A DNA stretch of 64,000 nt, taken from positions 333,937 to 397,936 of the forward strand of contig JAHCJZ010000001.1 in NCBI GenBank assembly GCA_026126025.1. Reading direction: 5' to 3'. This DNA comes from Bauldia sp. GTDB taxonomy: Bacteria; Pseudomonadota; Alphaproteobacteria; Rhizobiales; Kaistiaceae. How positions within the stretch are numbered: position 1 is the stretch's first letter; every line of letters begins with the position of its first letter. Made by a program: the position numbers and the translations under genes. This document shows positions 19,022 through 29,576 of this stretch, piece after piece. The notes beneath the pieces were generated by a model that saw only the letters and a program-made list of their open reading frames with translations, did not search any database and had not been told where the DNA came from.

Positions 19022-20272
19022 TCAGCCCACGCGCACCAGCACGTGCTTCTTCCGCCCGAGCGACAGCTTGATCGTCCCGTCGACGAGGTCGGCGGCGGAG
19101 ACCGTCGCCTTCTCGTCGGCGAGGGGTGTGTCGTTCACCCGCAGGCCGCCGCCGCGCACCTGGCGGCGCGCCTCGCTGTTCGAGGCGACGAGGCCGGCCT
19201 CGACGAAGAGGCCGAGGACACCCACCCCCGCGTCGAGCGCGGCCAGCGATATAGCGATCGTCGGCAGCGCGTCGCCAAGGGTGCCTTCCTCGAACGTGCG
19301 GCGCGCGGTTTCGGCGGCGTCATCCGCCGCCGTGCGGCCGTGGAGGAGGGCGGTCGCCTCGGTCGCGAGGATCTTCTTCGCCTCGTTGATCTCGGCGCCG
19401 CCGAGGCCGGCGAGCCGTTCCACCTCCGGCATCGGCAGCTCGGTGAAGAGCGCAAGGAAGCGCCGGACGTCGGCGTCTTCGGTGTTCCGCCAGAACTGCC
19501 AGTATTCGTAGGCCGATTTCATCTCCGCATTGAGCCAGACCGCGCCCTGCGCCGTCTTGCCCATCTTGGCGCCGGACGCGGTCGTGATCAGCGGCGTCGT
19601 CACGGCGTAGAGCTGCGCCGTCCCCATGCGGCGGCCGAGGTCGATGCCGTTGACGATGTTACCCCACTGGTCCGAGCCGCCCATCTGCAGCACGCATCCG
19701 GTGCGGCGATGGAGCTCCACGAAGTCGTAGGCCTGGAGAACCATGTAGTTGAACTCCAGGAACGACAGCTCATGGTCGCGGTCGAGCCGGAGTTTCACCG
19801 AGTCCATCGCCAGCATCCGGTTGACCGAGAAATGCCGGCCGACATCGCGCAGGAAGTCGATGTAGTTGAGCGACCCGAGCCAGTCGGCATTGTCGATCAT
19901 CAGCGCGCCGGTCGGCCCGGAATCATAGACGAGGAACTTCGCGAAGACGCTGCGAAGGCTGAGCTTGTTGGCCTCGATCTGCTCGTAGCTGAGGAGCTGG
20001 CGGCTCTCGTCCTTGCCCGACGGATCGCCGACGCGCGTCGTGCCGCCGCCCATCAGCGTGATCGGGCGGTGGCCGGTCTTCTGCAGCCAGCGCAGCGTCA
20101 TGATCTGCACCAGGCTGCCGACGTGAAGGCTGGGCGCCGTGCAGTCGAAGCCGATATAGGCGGTGACCGGGCCATTGGCGGCGAGATCGTCGAGGCCCGC
20201 GGCGTCCGAGGCCTGGTGGATGAAGCCGCGCTCGCTGAGCACCTGCATCAGATCGGACTTGAACCCGCTCAT
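19022..20272 (-). CDS. tyrS: Tyrosine--tRNA ligase
   Basis: 416 aa with a HIGH-type motif (PSLHVGS), KMSKS-type KMGKT and a C-terminal S4-like domain. Confidence 0.95.
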   Translation of the reverse strand: MSGFKSDLMQVLSERGFIHQASDAAGLDDLAANGPVTAYIGFDCTAPSLHVGSLVQIMTLRWLQKTGHRPITLMGGGTTRVGDPSGKDESRQLLSYEQIEANKLSLRSVFAKFLVYDSGPTGALMIDNADWLGSLNYIDFLRDVGRHFSVNRMLAMDSVKLRLDRDHELSFLEFNYMVLQAYDFVELHRRTGCVLQMGGSDQWGNIVNGIDLGRRMGTAQLYAVTTPLITTASGAKMGKTAQGAVWLNAEMKSAYEYWQFWRNTEDADVRRFLALFTELPMPEVERLAGLGGAEINEAKKILATEATALLHGRTAADDAAETARRTFEEGTLGDALPTIAISLAALDAGVGVLGLFVEAGLVASNSEARRQVRGGGLRVNDTPLADEKATVSAADLVDGTIKLSLGRKKHVLVRVG

Positions 20273-20353
20273 CGCGGCCGGCTCCCTGGCGTTCCGGAAA
20301 GGCCGGGGTTCTAGCAGGCCTTCGCCGCGATTTCACGTCCGATAGGGACGTGC

Positions 20354-21007
20354 TCAGGCAGCCGTCTGCGCCGCGAGGCGCTGGTCGACATAGTTGCCGC
20401 AGATGTCGATCAGGTCCTCGACCTGGCCGTCGAAGAAGTGGTTGGCGCCCTTCATGATGGTCTGGTCGATCTTGATGCCGCGCTGGGTCTTCAGCTTGTC
20501 GACGAGGGTCTGCACGTCCTTCGGCGGGACGACCTTGTCCTGGTCGCCATGGATGATGAGCCCGGACGACGGGCAGGGCGCGAGGAAGGTGAAGTCATGG
20601 AGGTTCGCCGGCGGCGCGACTGAGATGAAGCCCTCGATCTCCGGCCGCCGCATCAGGAGCTGCATCCCGATCCACGCGCCGAAGGAGAAGCCCGCGACCC
20701 AGCAGCCGCTGGCGTCGGGGTGGATCGACTGCGCCCAGTCGAGCGCCGCGGCGGCATCTGAGAGCTCGCCCGCGCCGTGGTCGAACACGCCCTGGCTGCG
20801 CCCGGCGCCGCGGAAATTGAAGCGGAGCGCCGCGAAGCCGCGCTTCGCGAACATGTAGAACAGCTGGTAGACGATCTGGTGGTTCATCGTCCCGCCGAAT
20901 TGCGGGTGGGGATGAAGGACGATCGCGATCGGCGCGTTGCGCTTCTTGGCCGGCTGGAAACGGCCCTCGAGGCGTCCGGCGGGTCCGGTGAAGACGACTT
21001 CAGGCAT
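20354..21007 (-). CDS. Alpha/beta hydrolase
   Basis: 217 aa with the nucleophile elbow GFSFG, plus HGDQD and NHFF motifs consistent with a small serine hydrolase fold. Confidence 0.75.
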   Translation of the reverse strand: MPEVVFTGPAGRLEGRFQPAKKRNAPIAIVLHPHPQFGGTMNHQIVYQLFYMFAKRGFAALRFNFRGAGRSQGVFDHGAGELSDAAAALDWAQSIHPDASGCWVAGFSFGAWIGMQLLMRRPEIEGFISVAPPANLHDFTFLAPCPSSGLIIHGDQDKVVPPKDVQTLVDKLKTQRGIKIDQTIMKGANHFFDGQVEDLIDICGNYVDQRLAAQTAA

Positions 21008-21193
21008 TCGTGAGTGGACTCCTGGCGGGCCGCTCGTAACTGATCCCTCGCGGCGCGCCTTGACAGGGGCGCTGATCGGCTACCAACGTCGATTTCTTCG
21101 AAGAGAGCTGCAGCCCTTCGCTGCGCCCGAGGAATATCACGACGCAGGGGTCAGGTTTCAAGCTTTCCGTGTGCTGCGTCGCTGGAGCGCGTT

Positions 21194-22357
21194 GTGACGG
21201 CTCGTCGCATCTATCTCGACTACAATGCCGGGGCGCCGCTCCGGCCGGAGGCGCGCGCCGCGATGGTCGCGGCGCTCGGCGCGGTCGGCAACGCGTCCTC
21301 GGTCCATGCTGAAGGCCGCCGCGCCCGCCAGCTGATCGAATCGGCGCGCGCCGAGGTCGCGGCGCTGGCCGGGGCCGACCCGCGCCGCGTGACCTTCACC
21401 TCCGGCGGCACCGAAGCGAACGTTACGGTGCTCGCGCCCGAAGCGATGATCGGCGGCGGCCGCGAGCCCGTGCACCGCCTCCTCTACGCCGCGACCGAGC
21501 ATCCGTCGGTGACGGCGGGCGGCCGCTTTGCGCCGGACTGCATCGAGCCCATCCCGGTCGATGCCGACGGGGTCGTCGATCTTTCGGCCCTCGCGACGCG
21601 CCTCGCCGCCGTCGCTGCCGCCGGTGAGCGCGCGCTGGTCTCGGTGATGCTGGCCAACAACGAGACCGGCGCGATCCAGCCGGTCGCCGAGGTCGCCCGG
21701 ATCGCGCGCGAGCACGGCGCGCTGAGCCACACCGACGCCGTCCAGGCCGCAGGCCGCATCCCGGTCGCCATCGGTGCGCTCGGCATCGATTTCCTCACAC
21801 TGTCGGCGCACAAGATCGGCGGCCCGCAGGGCGCCGGCGCCATCGTCGCCCGGTCGCAGAATGTCGAGGCTCTCCCGCTGCTTCGCGGCGGCGGCCAGGA
21901 GAGCGGCCGCCGCGCCGGCACCGAGAACGTCGCCGCGATCGCCGGCTTCGGCGCCGCCGCCCGCGCCGCGCTCGGCGACCTCTCCGCCGCGGACCGCTGG
22001 CTCGCCTGGCGTGAGCGGCTGATCGCCGCTGCCCGGTCGGTCGGGCCGGTGGTCGTTTTCGCCGAAGGCGCCGACCGCCTGCCGCAGACGGTATGCCTCG
22101 GCCTCGCCGGCGCCGCCGCGGAAACCGCGGTGATCGGCCTCGATCTGGCCGGCGTCGCCGTGTCCTCGGGGGCGGCCTGTTCATCGGGCAAGGTCGGCCC
22201 CAGCCACGTCCTGGCGGCGATGGGAATTGCCCCGGAACTGGCGCGGAGCGCCGTGCGGATCAGCTATGGTTGGGAAACCGGCGAAAACGAACTAGATATG
22301 TTCCAAACCGCGTGGCAGCACGTGGTCGGCCGCATCCTCAAGGGTAAGGCCGCTTGA
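21194..22357 (+). CDS. Cysteine desulfurase (NifS/IscS-like, class V aminotransferase)
   Basis: 387 aa. It has the PLP lysine context LSAHKIGGPQGAGA and the catalytic loop SSGAACSSG. It is the first gene of the suf cluster. Confidence 0.88.
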   Translation: MTARRIYLDYNAGAPLRPEARAAMVAALGAVGNASSVHAEGRRARQLIESARAEVAALAGADPRRVTFTSGGTEANVTVLAPEAMIGGGREPVHRLLYAATEHPSVTAGGRFAPDCIEPIPVDADGVVDLSALATRLAAVAAAGERALVSVMLANNETGAIQPVAEVARIAREHGALSHTDAVQAAGRIPVAIGALGIDFLTLSAHKIGGPQGAGAIVARSQNVEALPLLRGGGQESGRRAGTENVAAIAGFGAAARAALGDLSAADRWLAWRERLIAAARSVGPVVVFAEGADRLPQTVCLGLAGAAAETAVIGLDLAGVAVSSGAACSSGKVGPSHVLAAMGIAPELARSAVRISYGWETGENELDMFQTAWQHVVGRILKGKAA

Positions 22358-22407
22358 GAACACCGCTCGACCCGCGGTCCTTGAAACCGCGGTGGATGGA
22401 GTAGGCA

Positions 22408-23892
22408 ATGCCGGCAGTCCGCGAGACCGTCGATACGGTGCGCCGTATCGACGTCGACCAGTACAAATATGGCTTCGTCACCGACATCGAGTCGGAGAAG
22501 GCCCCGAAGGGCCTTAACGAAGACATCGTCCGCTACATCTCTGCCAAGAAGGGCGAGCCCGACTGGATGCTGGAATGGCGGCTCTCCGCCTACCGGCGCT
22601 GGGTGACGCTGACCGAGCCGACCTGGGCGCGCGTCCACTACCCGAAGATCGATTTCCAGGACATCCACTACTACGCCGCCCCCAAGGCCGGCGGCTCGTA
22701 CAAGAGCATCGACGACGTCCCACCCGAGATTCTGGAGACCTACGAGAAGCTCGGCATCCCGCTGCGCGAGCGCGAGATCCTGCTCGGCGTCGAGCCCGGC
22801 GGCGCGGTGCCTGCCAAGGTCGCGGTCGACGCCGTCTTCGACAGCGTCTCGGTCGCCACCACCTTCCGCGAGGAGCTGAAGCGCGCCGGCGTCATCTTCA
22901 TGTCGATGTCGGAGGCGATCCGCGAGCACCCGGAGATCGTGCGGAAATATCTCGGCTCGGTCGTCCCGGTGACCGACAATTTCTACGCCACGCTCAATTC
23001 GGCGGTGTTCTCCGACGGCTCGTTCGTCTTCGTGCCCGAGGGCGTCCGCTGCCCGATGGAGCTCTCGACCTATTTCCGCATCAACGAGCGCAACACCGGC
23101 CAGTTCGAGCGTACGCTGATCATCGCCGAGAAGGGGGCCTACGTCTCCTATCTCGAAGGCTGCACCGCGCCGATGCGCGACGAGAACCAGCTCCACGCCG
23201 CAGTGGTCGAGCTCGTCGCCCTCGACGACGCCGAGATCAAATATTCGACGGTCCAGAACTGGTACCCCGGCGACAAGGAAGGCCGTGGCGGCGTCTATAA
23301 TTTCGTCACCAAGCGCGGCGACTGCCGCGGCGCGCGGTCGAAGATCTCGTGGACCCAGGTCGAGACTGGCTCGGCGATCACCTGGAAATATCCGAGCTGC
23401 ATCCTGCGCGGCGACGAATCGGTCGGCGAGTTCTTCTCGATCGCGGTGTCGAACGGTCACCAGCAGGTCGATTCCGGCACCAAGATGACCCATCTCGGCA
23501 AGAACACCCGCAGCCGCATCATCTCTAAGGGTATCGCGGCGGGCGTGTCGTCCAACACCTATCGCGGTCTTGTCTCGGCGCACCGCAAGGCGACCGGCGC
23601 GCGCAACCATACCGTCTGCGACTCGCTCCTCATCGGCGACAGATGCGGCGCCCACACCATCCCCTATATCGAGGCCAAGAACGCCAGCGCCGTCTTCGAG
23701 CACGAGGCGACGACCTCGAAGATCGCCGACGACCAGCTCTTCTACTGCCGCCAGCGCGGCCTCGGCGAGGAGGAGGCGGTGGCGCTCATCGTCAACGGCT
23801 TCGTGCGCGAGGTCATCCAGCAGTTGCCGATGGAGTTCGCCGTCGAGGCGCAGAAGCTGATCGGCGTCAGCCTGGAGGGCAGCGTCGGATGA
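22408..23892 (+). CDS. sufB: Fe-S cluster assembly scaffold protein SufB
   Basis: 494 aa: [45 protein letters not shown]..., highly characteristic of SufB. Confidence 0.95.
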   Translation: MPAVRETVDTVRRIDVDQYKYGFVTDIESEKAPKGLNEDIVRYISAKKGEPDWMLEWRLSAYRRWVTLTEPTWARVHYPKIDFQDIHYYAAPKAGGSYKSIDDVPPEILETYEKLGIPLREREILLGVEPGGAVPAKVAVDAVFDSVSVATTFREELKRAGVIFMSMSEAIREHPEIVRKYLGSVVPVTDNFYATLNSAVFSDGSFVFVPEGVRCPMELSTYFRINERNTGQFERTLIIAEKGAYVSYLEGCTAPMRDENQLHAAVVELVALDDAEIKYSTVQNWYPGDKEGRGGVYNFVTKRGDCRGARSKISWTQVETGSAITWKYPSCILRGDESVGEFFSIAVSNGHQQVDSGTKMTHLGKNTRSRIISKGIAAGVSSNTYRGLVSAHRKATGARNHTVCDSLLIGDRCGAHTIPYIEAKNASAVFEHEATTSKIADDQLFYCRQRGLGEEEAVALIVNGFVREVIQQLPMEFAVEAQKLIGVSLEGSVG

Positions 23893-24386
23893 GCGATTTC
23901 CAGCCGGTCGTCACGCTCTCGGCGCTCAAGCTCGACGCCTGGTCGAAGGGCAGCCTCTACCAGGGCGACGACATCTCGTTCGGCGCCATGCTCGGCCTCA
24001 GGAATCTCGGCGCGAGCTACAATGTCGTGCCGCCGGGGAAGTCGAGTTGCCCGTTCCACGTCCACCATGTCGAGGACGAGATGTTCGTCATCCTCGAAGG
24101 GGAGGCCGACTACCGCTTCGGCGACGCCACCTACAAAGTGAAGGCGGGGGACGTGCTCGGCGCGCCCGCCGGCGACGCCTCCTTCGCCCATCAGCTGATC
24201 AACACCGGCACCGGGCCGCTCCGCTATCTCGGCATCTCGACCAACTCGCCGGTCGAGGTCGTGGAGTATCCCGATTCCGGCAAGTTCCTCGTCACCAGCC
24301 GTCGCCCGGGCGACAAGGGCAGGCTCCGCTTCATCGGCCGCGCCGAGACGACGCGCGACTATTGGGAAGGGGAGCCCGGCGCATGA
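23889..24386 (+). CDS. Cupin domain protein (paralogue 1) embedded in suf operon
   Basis: The ATG at 23889 overlaps the sufB stop (ATGA). Cupin motifs are present: [24 protein letters not shown] ... AHQLINTG. It is a clear paralogue of 24682-25173. Confidence 0.75.
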   Translation: MSDFQPVVTLSALKLDAWSKGSLYQGDDISFGAMLGLRNLGASYNVVPPGKSSCPFHVHHVEDEMFVILEGEADYRFGDATYKVKAGDVLGAPAGDASFAHQLINTGTGPLRYLGISTNSPVEVVEYPDSGKFLVTSRRPGDKGRLRFIGRAETTRDYWEGEPGA

Positions 24387-24685
24387 CCGAATACTGGTTC
24401 GCCCGCCGCTTCCCGGTCGGCCATCCGCGCAGCGCCATGGCGCCGGTCACGCGGGAAGGCCGCATGGCCTTCGTCTGGTTCCTCGGCGCCATGCTCGCGG
24501 GCGCGGTGATCTGGGCGATCCTGGTGCTCACCGCCAAGGCCACCGGCGCCATCATCGGTGGCATCGTCTTCATCGTGGCGACCGCTTTCGCGATGTGGCG
24601 GCTCCTCTCCGCGGTGGTGCGTCATGGCGACCGGAACCACACCGTGGAGGACTATCGCGCCGGCCGCCTGGGAGGCCGCCGATGA
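24383..24685 (+). CDS. Small two-TM membrane protein, function unknown
   Basis: The ATG at 24383 overlaps the cupin-1 stop (ATGA). The 100 aa product has two hydrophobic helices (MAFVWFLGAMLAGAVIWAILVL and AIIGGIVFIVATAFAMWRLL). I recognise no motif. Confidence 0.55.
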   Translation: MTEYWFARRFPVGHPRSAMAPVTREGRMAFVWFLGAMLAGAVIWAILVLTAKATGAIIGGIVFIVATAFAMWRLLSAVVRHGDRNHTVEDYRAGRLGGRR

Positions 24686-25173
24686 GCGACGTCCGCCCGG
24701 TGGTCAACATCGCCGACGTGCCGATGACCGAGCACGCCCATGGCGACAGGTTCGCCGCCAAGACCGCCATGATCGGCGCGGCGCTGGGCGGTACCGGCGT
24801 CGGCTGCCGCTATTACGAAGTGCCGCCGGGTAAGCGCGCCTTTCCCTTCCATGCCCATCGCGTCATCCACGAGCTGTTCGTGATCCTGGAAGGGACGGGG
24901 CTCTACCGCTTCGGTCCGGACAGCTACCCGCTGCGGGCGGGCGATGTCTGCGCCGCGCCGCCGGGCGGCCCGGAGGTGGCGCATCAGATCATCAACACCG
25001 GCGAAGCCACGCTCCGCTATTTCGGCTTCTCGACCAGGCCGGAGGTCGCCGAGGTGGTGGAATACCCGGATTCGGGGAAGTTCGGCGTGACGGCGCGCAA
25101 CGCCGACGGGTCGATCGGCTTTCGCTATCTCGGCCGGCCGGACGGCGGGATCGACTATTGGGACGGCGAGTAG
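24682..25173 (+). CDS. Cupin domain protein (paralogue 2) embedded in suf operon
   Basis: The ATG at 24682 overlaps the preceding stop (ATGA). Motifs: PPGKRAFPFHAHRVIHELFVILEG ... AHQIINTG ... [10 protein letters not shown] ... DYWDGE. Confidence 0.75.
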   Translation: MSDVRPVVNIADVPMTEHAHGDRFAAKTAMIGAALGGTGVGCRYYEVPPGKRAFPFHAHRVIHELFVILEGTGLYRFGPDSYPLRAGDVCAAPPGGPEVAHQIINTGEATLRYFGFSTRPEVAEVVEYPDSGKFGVTARNADGSIGFRYLGRPDGGIDYWDGE

Positions 25174-25181
25174 GAACGGAC

Positions 25182-25946
25182 ATGACTGCGCTGCTTGAGA
25201 TCAAGGGCCTCAGAGTGAAGATCGAGGACGAGGACCGCGAAATCCTCCGCGGCCTCGACCTCGTCATCAACGCCGGCGAAGTCCACGCGCTGATGGGCCC
25301 GAACGGCTCCGGCAAGTCGACGCTCGCCTATGTGCTGGCCGGCAAGGAGGGCTACGAGGTCACCGACGGCGAGATCCTGTTCGAGGGCGAAAGCCTCCTC
25401 GACATGGAGCCGGAGGAGCGCGCGGTGAAGGGCGTGTTCCTCGCTTTCCAGTACCCGATCGAGATCGCCGGCGTCGCCGGGATGACTTTCCTCAAGACCG
25501 CCCTCAACGCCCACCGCAAGACCCGCGGCGAGGCGGAGCTGACGACGCCGGACTTCATGCGCCGCGTCAAGGAAGCCTCGGACCGCCTTCAGATGACTCA
25601 GGATATGCTGCGCCGCCCGGTCAACACCGGCTTTTCAGGCGGCGAAAAGAAGCGGAACGAGATCCTGCAGATGACCCTGCTGGAGCCGAAGCTCGCGATC
25701 CTCGACGAGACCGATTCCGGCCTCGACATCGATGCGCTGCGCATCGTCTCCGACGGCGTCAACGCGCTGCGCGCGCCCGGCCGCTCGATGCTGGTCATCA
25801 CCCACTACCAGCGCCTCCTCAACCACATCGTGCCGGATTTCGTCCACGTGATGTCCGCCGGCCGCGTCGTGCGCTCCGGCGGCAAGGAACTGGCGCTCGA
25901 ACTCGAAGCGCACGGCTACGCCGAATACGGCGCCGACGCCGCGTGA
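25182..25946 (+). CDS. sufC: Fe-S cluster assembly ATPase SufC
   Basis: MTALLEIKGLRV..., Walker A GPNGSGKST, signature FSGGEKKRNEILQ, Walker B ILDETDSGLD. Confidence 0.95.
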   Translation: MTALLEIKGLRVKIEDEDREILRGLDLVINAGEVHALMGPNGSGKSTLAYVLAGKEGYEVTDGEILFEGESLLDMEPEERAVKGVFLAFQYPIEIAGVAGMTFLKTALNAHRKTRGEAELTTPDFMRRVKEASDRLQMTQDMLRRPVNTGFSGGEKKRNEILQMTLLEPKLAILDETDSGLDIDALRIVSDGVNALRAPGRSMLVITHYQRLLNHIVPDFVHVMSAGRVVRSGGKELALELEAHGYAEYGADAA

Positions 25947-25955
25947 GGGCAGGAT

Positions 25956-27314
25956 ATGTCCGCTGAACCGCGGGTGATGAAGACCGAGGCCGAGCAGGCG
26001 ATCGCGGCGCAGTATCGCGATGCGCGGGCGGCGCTGCCGGGGACGGCGGCGGCGCTGGCGAAGCGCGATGATGCGATGGCGCTGTTCGAGCGCGCGGGGC
26101 TGCCGCATCGGCGCATCGAGGCGTGGAAATACACCGACCTTCGCGCGCAGATGCGCCGCGCGGCCCCGCTGGCGGAGGCGCCGGCGCTGGCCGACGCGGC
26201 GAAGGCTGCGGCGGCCGATCGCCTGGCGGGGCTCGACCGCTACCGCCTCGTGATCGTCGACGGCCGCTACCAGGAGGATCTGTCGCAGCGCATGGCGCTC
26301 CTCGCCGAGGGCGTGGAGGTTGCGACCTTCGCCGAGTTCGTCGGCTTCGATTTCCCGGCCGCCGCGGCGATCCTCGAGCCGCCGGCCGCTGCTGCCGATG
26401 ATGCGATGCTCGCGCTCAACGCCGCGCTGGCGACCGACGGCGTGGTCGTGCTGGTCGCGGAGAATGCGCGCCCGTCTAAGCCGATCGAGATCGCGCATGT
26501 GACCACCGGCGCCGTGCCGGCGTCGTGGCATGCGCGAAGCGCCGTCACAATCGGCAAAGGCGCCGAGGCGCGCCTGATCGTCTCCCATTCCGGGCCCGAC
26601 GCCATCGCCTACCAGGCCACGACGTCGACTGCGCTCACCGTCGCCGACGGTGCGCGGGCGAAGTTGGCGGTCGTCCAGACCGAGGGCGACGCCGCGCAAC
26701 TCGTCGCGACGCTGTCGGCGCGGATCGGCGTTGATGCGGCGTTTGACCTCCTCGCCGTGAACGCCGGCGCGAAGCTGTCGCGGCTACAGGGTTTCCTTTC
26801 GATCGCGGGCGAGGGTGCGCGCGTCGGCATCGCGGCGGCGACGATGCTCGCCGACGGCGCGCATGGCGATGTCGCGGTCACCATCGATCACGAGGTGCCG
26901 GCCGCGACCAGCCGCGTCCTCGTCAAGAACGCCGTCGGCACGGATGCGACCGGGGCGTTGCAGGGCAAGATCATCGTGCGGCCCGACGCGCAGAAGACCG
27001 ACGGCCGGATGATGATCCGTAGCCTGCTGCTGGCGGAGACAGCTGAGTTCGCGGCGAAGCCCGAGCTCGAAATCTACGCCGACGACGTGCAGTGCGGCCA
27101 CGGCGCCACCTCCGGCCAGATCGACGAGGACATGCTGTTCTATCTCCTGGCGCGCGGCATTCCGCGCGCGGAGGCGGAGGGCCTGCTCCTGACCGCGTTC
27201 CTGTCCGAAGCGGTCGAGGCGCTGGGCGACGAGGAGATCGCCGCGGCGATCGAGCCGCTCGTCGCCGGCTGGCTCGGCAAGCGCGGCGCGCGCATCGCAA
27301 GGAGCGCGGCATGA
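25956..27314 (+). CDS. sufD: Fe-S cluster assembly protein SufD
   Basis: 452 aa, in the position after sufC, with the C-terminal conserved block ADDVQCGHGATSGQIDEDMLFYLLARGI. Confidence 0.9.
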   Translation: MSAEPRVMKTEAEQAIAAQYRDARAALPGTAAALAKRDDAMALFERAGLPHRRIEAWKYTDLRAQMRRAAPLAEAPALADAAKAAAADRLAGLDRYRLVIVDGRYQEDLSQRMALLAEGVEVATFAEFVGFDFPAAAAILEPPAAAADDAMLALNAALATDGVVVLVAENARPSKPIEIAHVTTGAVPASWHARSAVTIGKGAEARLIVSHSGPDAIAYQATTSTALTVADGARAKLAVVQTEGDAAQLVATLSARIGVDAAFDLLAVNAGAKLSRLQGFLSIAGEGARVGIAAATMLADGAHGDVAVTIDHEVPAATSRVLVKNAVGTDATGALQGKIIVRPDAQKTDGRMMIRSLLLAETAEFAAKPELEIYADDVQCGHGATSGQIDEDMLFYLLARGIPRAEAEGLLLTAFLSEAVEALGDEEIAAAIEPLVAGWLGKRGARIARSAA

Positions 27315-28558
27315 ACGCGGTCGCAGCAACGAAGCCGGTCACCTATGACGTCGCCGCGATCCGCCGCGACTTCCCGATCCTTGCGCGGACCGTCAACGGC
27401 AAGCCGCTGACCTATCTCGACAATGGCGCTTCGGCGCAGAAGCCGAAGGCGGTGCTCGACCGCATGATGCGCGCCTATGGCGAGGACTACGCCAACGTCC
27501 ATCGCGGCCTGCACTATCTCTCCACCGTGTCGACCGAGGCCTATGAGGCCGCGCGCGAGACCGTGCGGCGCTTCCTCAACGCGGCGTCGGCCGACGAGAT
27601 CATCTTCACCCGGTCCTCGACCGAAGGGCTCAACCTCGTCGCGTCGTCGCTCGGCGCCGCGCTGCTCCAGCCCGGCGACGAGATCGTCCTCACCGTGATG
27701 GAGCATCACTCCAACATCGTGCCGTGGCATTTCCACCGCGAGCGCAGCGGGGCGGTGCTGAAATGGGTGCCGGTCGAGCCCGACGGCGCGTTCTCGCTCG
27801 ACGCCTTCGAGCAGGCGCTCACGCCGCGCACGAAGATCGTCGCCATCACGCACATGTCGAACGTGCTGGGCACGGTGGTCCCGATCCGCGAGGTCTGCCG
27901 CATCGCGCATGCCCGCGGCATCCCGGTGGTGGTCGACGGCAGCCAGGCCGCGGTGCACCTGCCGGTCGACGTGCGCGAGCTCGGCTGCGATTTCTACGTT
28001 CTCACTGGCCACAAGCTCTACGGCCCGACCGGCATCGGCGTCCTCTATGGCAAGCGCGAATGGCTGGAAACGCTGCGGCCCTACCAGGGCGGCGGCGAGA
28101 TGATCCGGGAAGTGACCGAGGCCGAGGTGACCTATGCGGGACCGCCGCACCGCTTCGAGGCCGGCACGCCGCCGATCGTCGAGGCGATCGGCCTCGGCGC
28201 CGCGATCGACTATGTCGAGAGCATCGGCCGCGACCGCATCGCGGCGCACGAGGCCGCGCTGGCGCGCCATGCGCACGACCGCCTGTCGGCGCTGAACAGC
28301 GTCACCCTCTATGGCGCGGCGAAAGGGAAGGGGGCGATCGTCGCCTTCAACCTCGCCGGCGCCCATCCGCACGACGTGGCCATGATCCTCGACCGCGAGG
28401 GCATTGCCGTCCGCGCCGGGACGCATTGCGCGCAGCCGCTTCTGGCGCGCTACGGCGTCACCGCGACCTGCCGCGCCTCGTTCGCGCTCTACAACACGCT
28501 CGAAGAGGTGAACCGGCTGGCGGAGGCGCTCGTCAAGGCGCAGAGGCTGTTCGCATGA
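27311..28558 (+). CDS. sufS: Cysteine desulfurase SufS (group II)
   Basis: The ATG at 27311 overlaps the sufD stop. Motifs: YLDNGASAQKP, HKLYGPTGIGVLYG, RAGTHCAQP. Confidence 0.93.
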   Translation: MNAVAATKPVTYDVAAIRRDFPILARTVNGKPLTYLDNGASAQKPKAVLDRMMRAYGEDYANVHRGLHYLSTVSTEAYEAARETVRRFLNAASADEIIFTRSSTEGLNLVASSLGAALLQPGDEIVLTVMEHHSNIVPWHFHRERSGAVLKWVPVEPDGAFSLDAFEQALTPRTKIVAITHMSNVLGTVVPIREVCRIAHARGIPVVVDGSQAAVHLPVDVRELGCDFYVLTGHKLYGPTGIGVLYGKREWLETLRPYQGGGEMIREVTEAEVTYAGPPHRFEAGTPPIVEAIGLGAAIDYVESIGRDRIAAHEAALARHAHDRLSALNSVTLYGAAKGKGAIVAFNLAGAHPHDVAMILDREGIAVRAGTHCAQPLLARYGVTATCRASFALYNTLEEVNRLAEALVKAQRLFA

Positions 28559-28610
28559 CGCGATCCGGCGCCGGTACCAAAGGCTAACGAGGCTACCCTA
28601 TATACATCCC

Positions 28611-29024
28611 ATGGAAGACCGACCCGAAGCCCACGCCACCGAAGACGCCGCCGCGCTGAGCCCGGCCGCGGCGAGCCCGGTCACGCCGATCGAGGCGGGC
28701 GAGCTGCCGCCCGAGGAGCTGGAGCGGCTCTCCGGCGACATCATCGCGGCGCTGAAGACCGTCTTCGACCCGGAGATCCCGGCGGACATCTACGAGCTCG
28801 GCCTCATCTACCGGATCGACGTCGACGAGGACCGCAACGTGGCAATCGACATGACGCTGACCGCGCCGGGCTGCCCGGTGGCCGGCGAGATGCCGGGCTG
28901 GGTGCAGAACGCGGTGAGCGCTATTCCCGGGGTCGGCCAGGTCGATGTTAAGATGGTGTTCGACCCGCCCTGGACGACCGACCGCATGTCCGACGAGGCG
29001 CGGGTCGCGCTGAACTGGTATTAG
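28611..29024 (+). CDS. sufT: SUF system Fe-S assembly protein, DUF59/SufT-like
   Basis: 137 aa: VFDPEIPADIYELGLIY...TLTAPGCPVAGEM, the typical MIP18/DUF59 motif. Confidence 0.8.
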   Translation: MEDRPEAHATEDAAALSPAAASPVTPIEAGELPPEELERLSGDIIAALKTVFDPEIPADIYELGLIYRIDVDEDRNVAIDMTLTAPGCPVAGEMPGWVQNAVSAIPGVGQVDVKMVFDPPWTTDRMSDEARVALNWY

Positions 29025-29025
29025 G

Positions 29026-29406
29026 ATGACTGCCATGAGTGTCCGGCCGAAGTTCCAGGTTCTGTCGCTGACCGACGCCGCCGCCGACAAGGTGCGGCAG
29101 ATCGTCGAGCGCTCGCCGACGCCGATAATCGGCGTGAAGGTCGGCGTCCGCAACGCCGGCTGCGCCGGCATGGCCTACACCCTCGACCCGGTCGCGACCC
29201 CCGAGCCCGGCGACGACGTCGTGGAGGACAAGGGCGTCACCGTCTTCATCGACCGCAAGGCGACGCTGTTCCTGATCGGCAGCGTCATGGACCATCGCAC
29301 CACCGCGCTCTCCTCGGGCTTCGTCTTCGACAACCCGAACCAGGTCTCTGCCTGCGGCTGCGGCGAATCGGTGCAGCTGAAGCCAGCCGAACGCGCCCCC
29401 GCCTAG
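29026..29406 (+). CDS. sufA: A-type Fe-S cluster carrier (SufA/IscA/ErpA family)
   Basis: It has GVRNAGCAGMAY and the C-terminal CGCGES cysteine ligands. The start could instead be the ATG at 29035. Confidence 0.85.
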   Translation: MTAMSVRPKFQVLSLTDAAADKVRQIVERSPTPIIGVKVGVRNAGCAGMAYTLDPVATPEPGDDVVEDKGVTVFIDRKATLFLIGSVMDHRTTALSSGFVFDNPNQVSACGCGESVQLKPAERAPA

Positions 29407-29457
29407 ACACTCGTCGGCCCAAGGCGCGGCCTCAACGCCTTCCCCAATGTTTTCCCC

Positions 29458-29543
29458 TCGTCACCCCGGCGAAGGCCGGGGTCCAGCGCCCCACGACGGC
29501 CTGAGCAAGTGACTCTGGATTCCGGCCTTCGCCGGAATGACGA
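29458..29543. repeat. Family B palindromic intergenic repeat
   Basis: tcgtcaccccggcGAAGgccggggtccag ... ctggattccggcCTTCgccggaatgacga, between convergent sufA and the GGDEF gene. Confidence 0.8.
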
Positions 29544-29576
29544 AAAGAGTGAGGGGTCTCGCAATCGAATCCGGAC

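Noticed and set aside
21060-21104. TTGACA (21060-21065) and the 10-bp palindrome tcttcgaaga (21095-21104) upstream of the suf operon, as promoter plus iron/Fe-S regulator operator.
   Set aside because: There is no acceptable -10 hexamer at 16-18 nt from the TTGACA. The palindrome does not match the IscR, RirA (TGA-N9-TCA) or Irr consensus as I remember them. The evidence is insufficient to call it.
23643-23888. Upstream extension of the first cupin ORF into sufB, and similarly 24047-24382, 24595-24681 and 27092-27310.
   Set aside because: These are out-of-frame read-through of the preceding suf genes. Each real gene starts at an ATG that forms an ATGA or short overlap with the previous stop.
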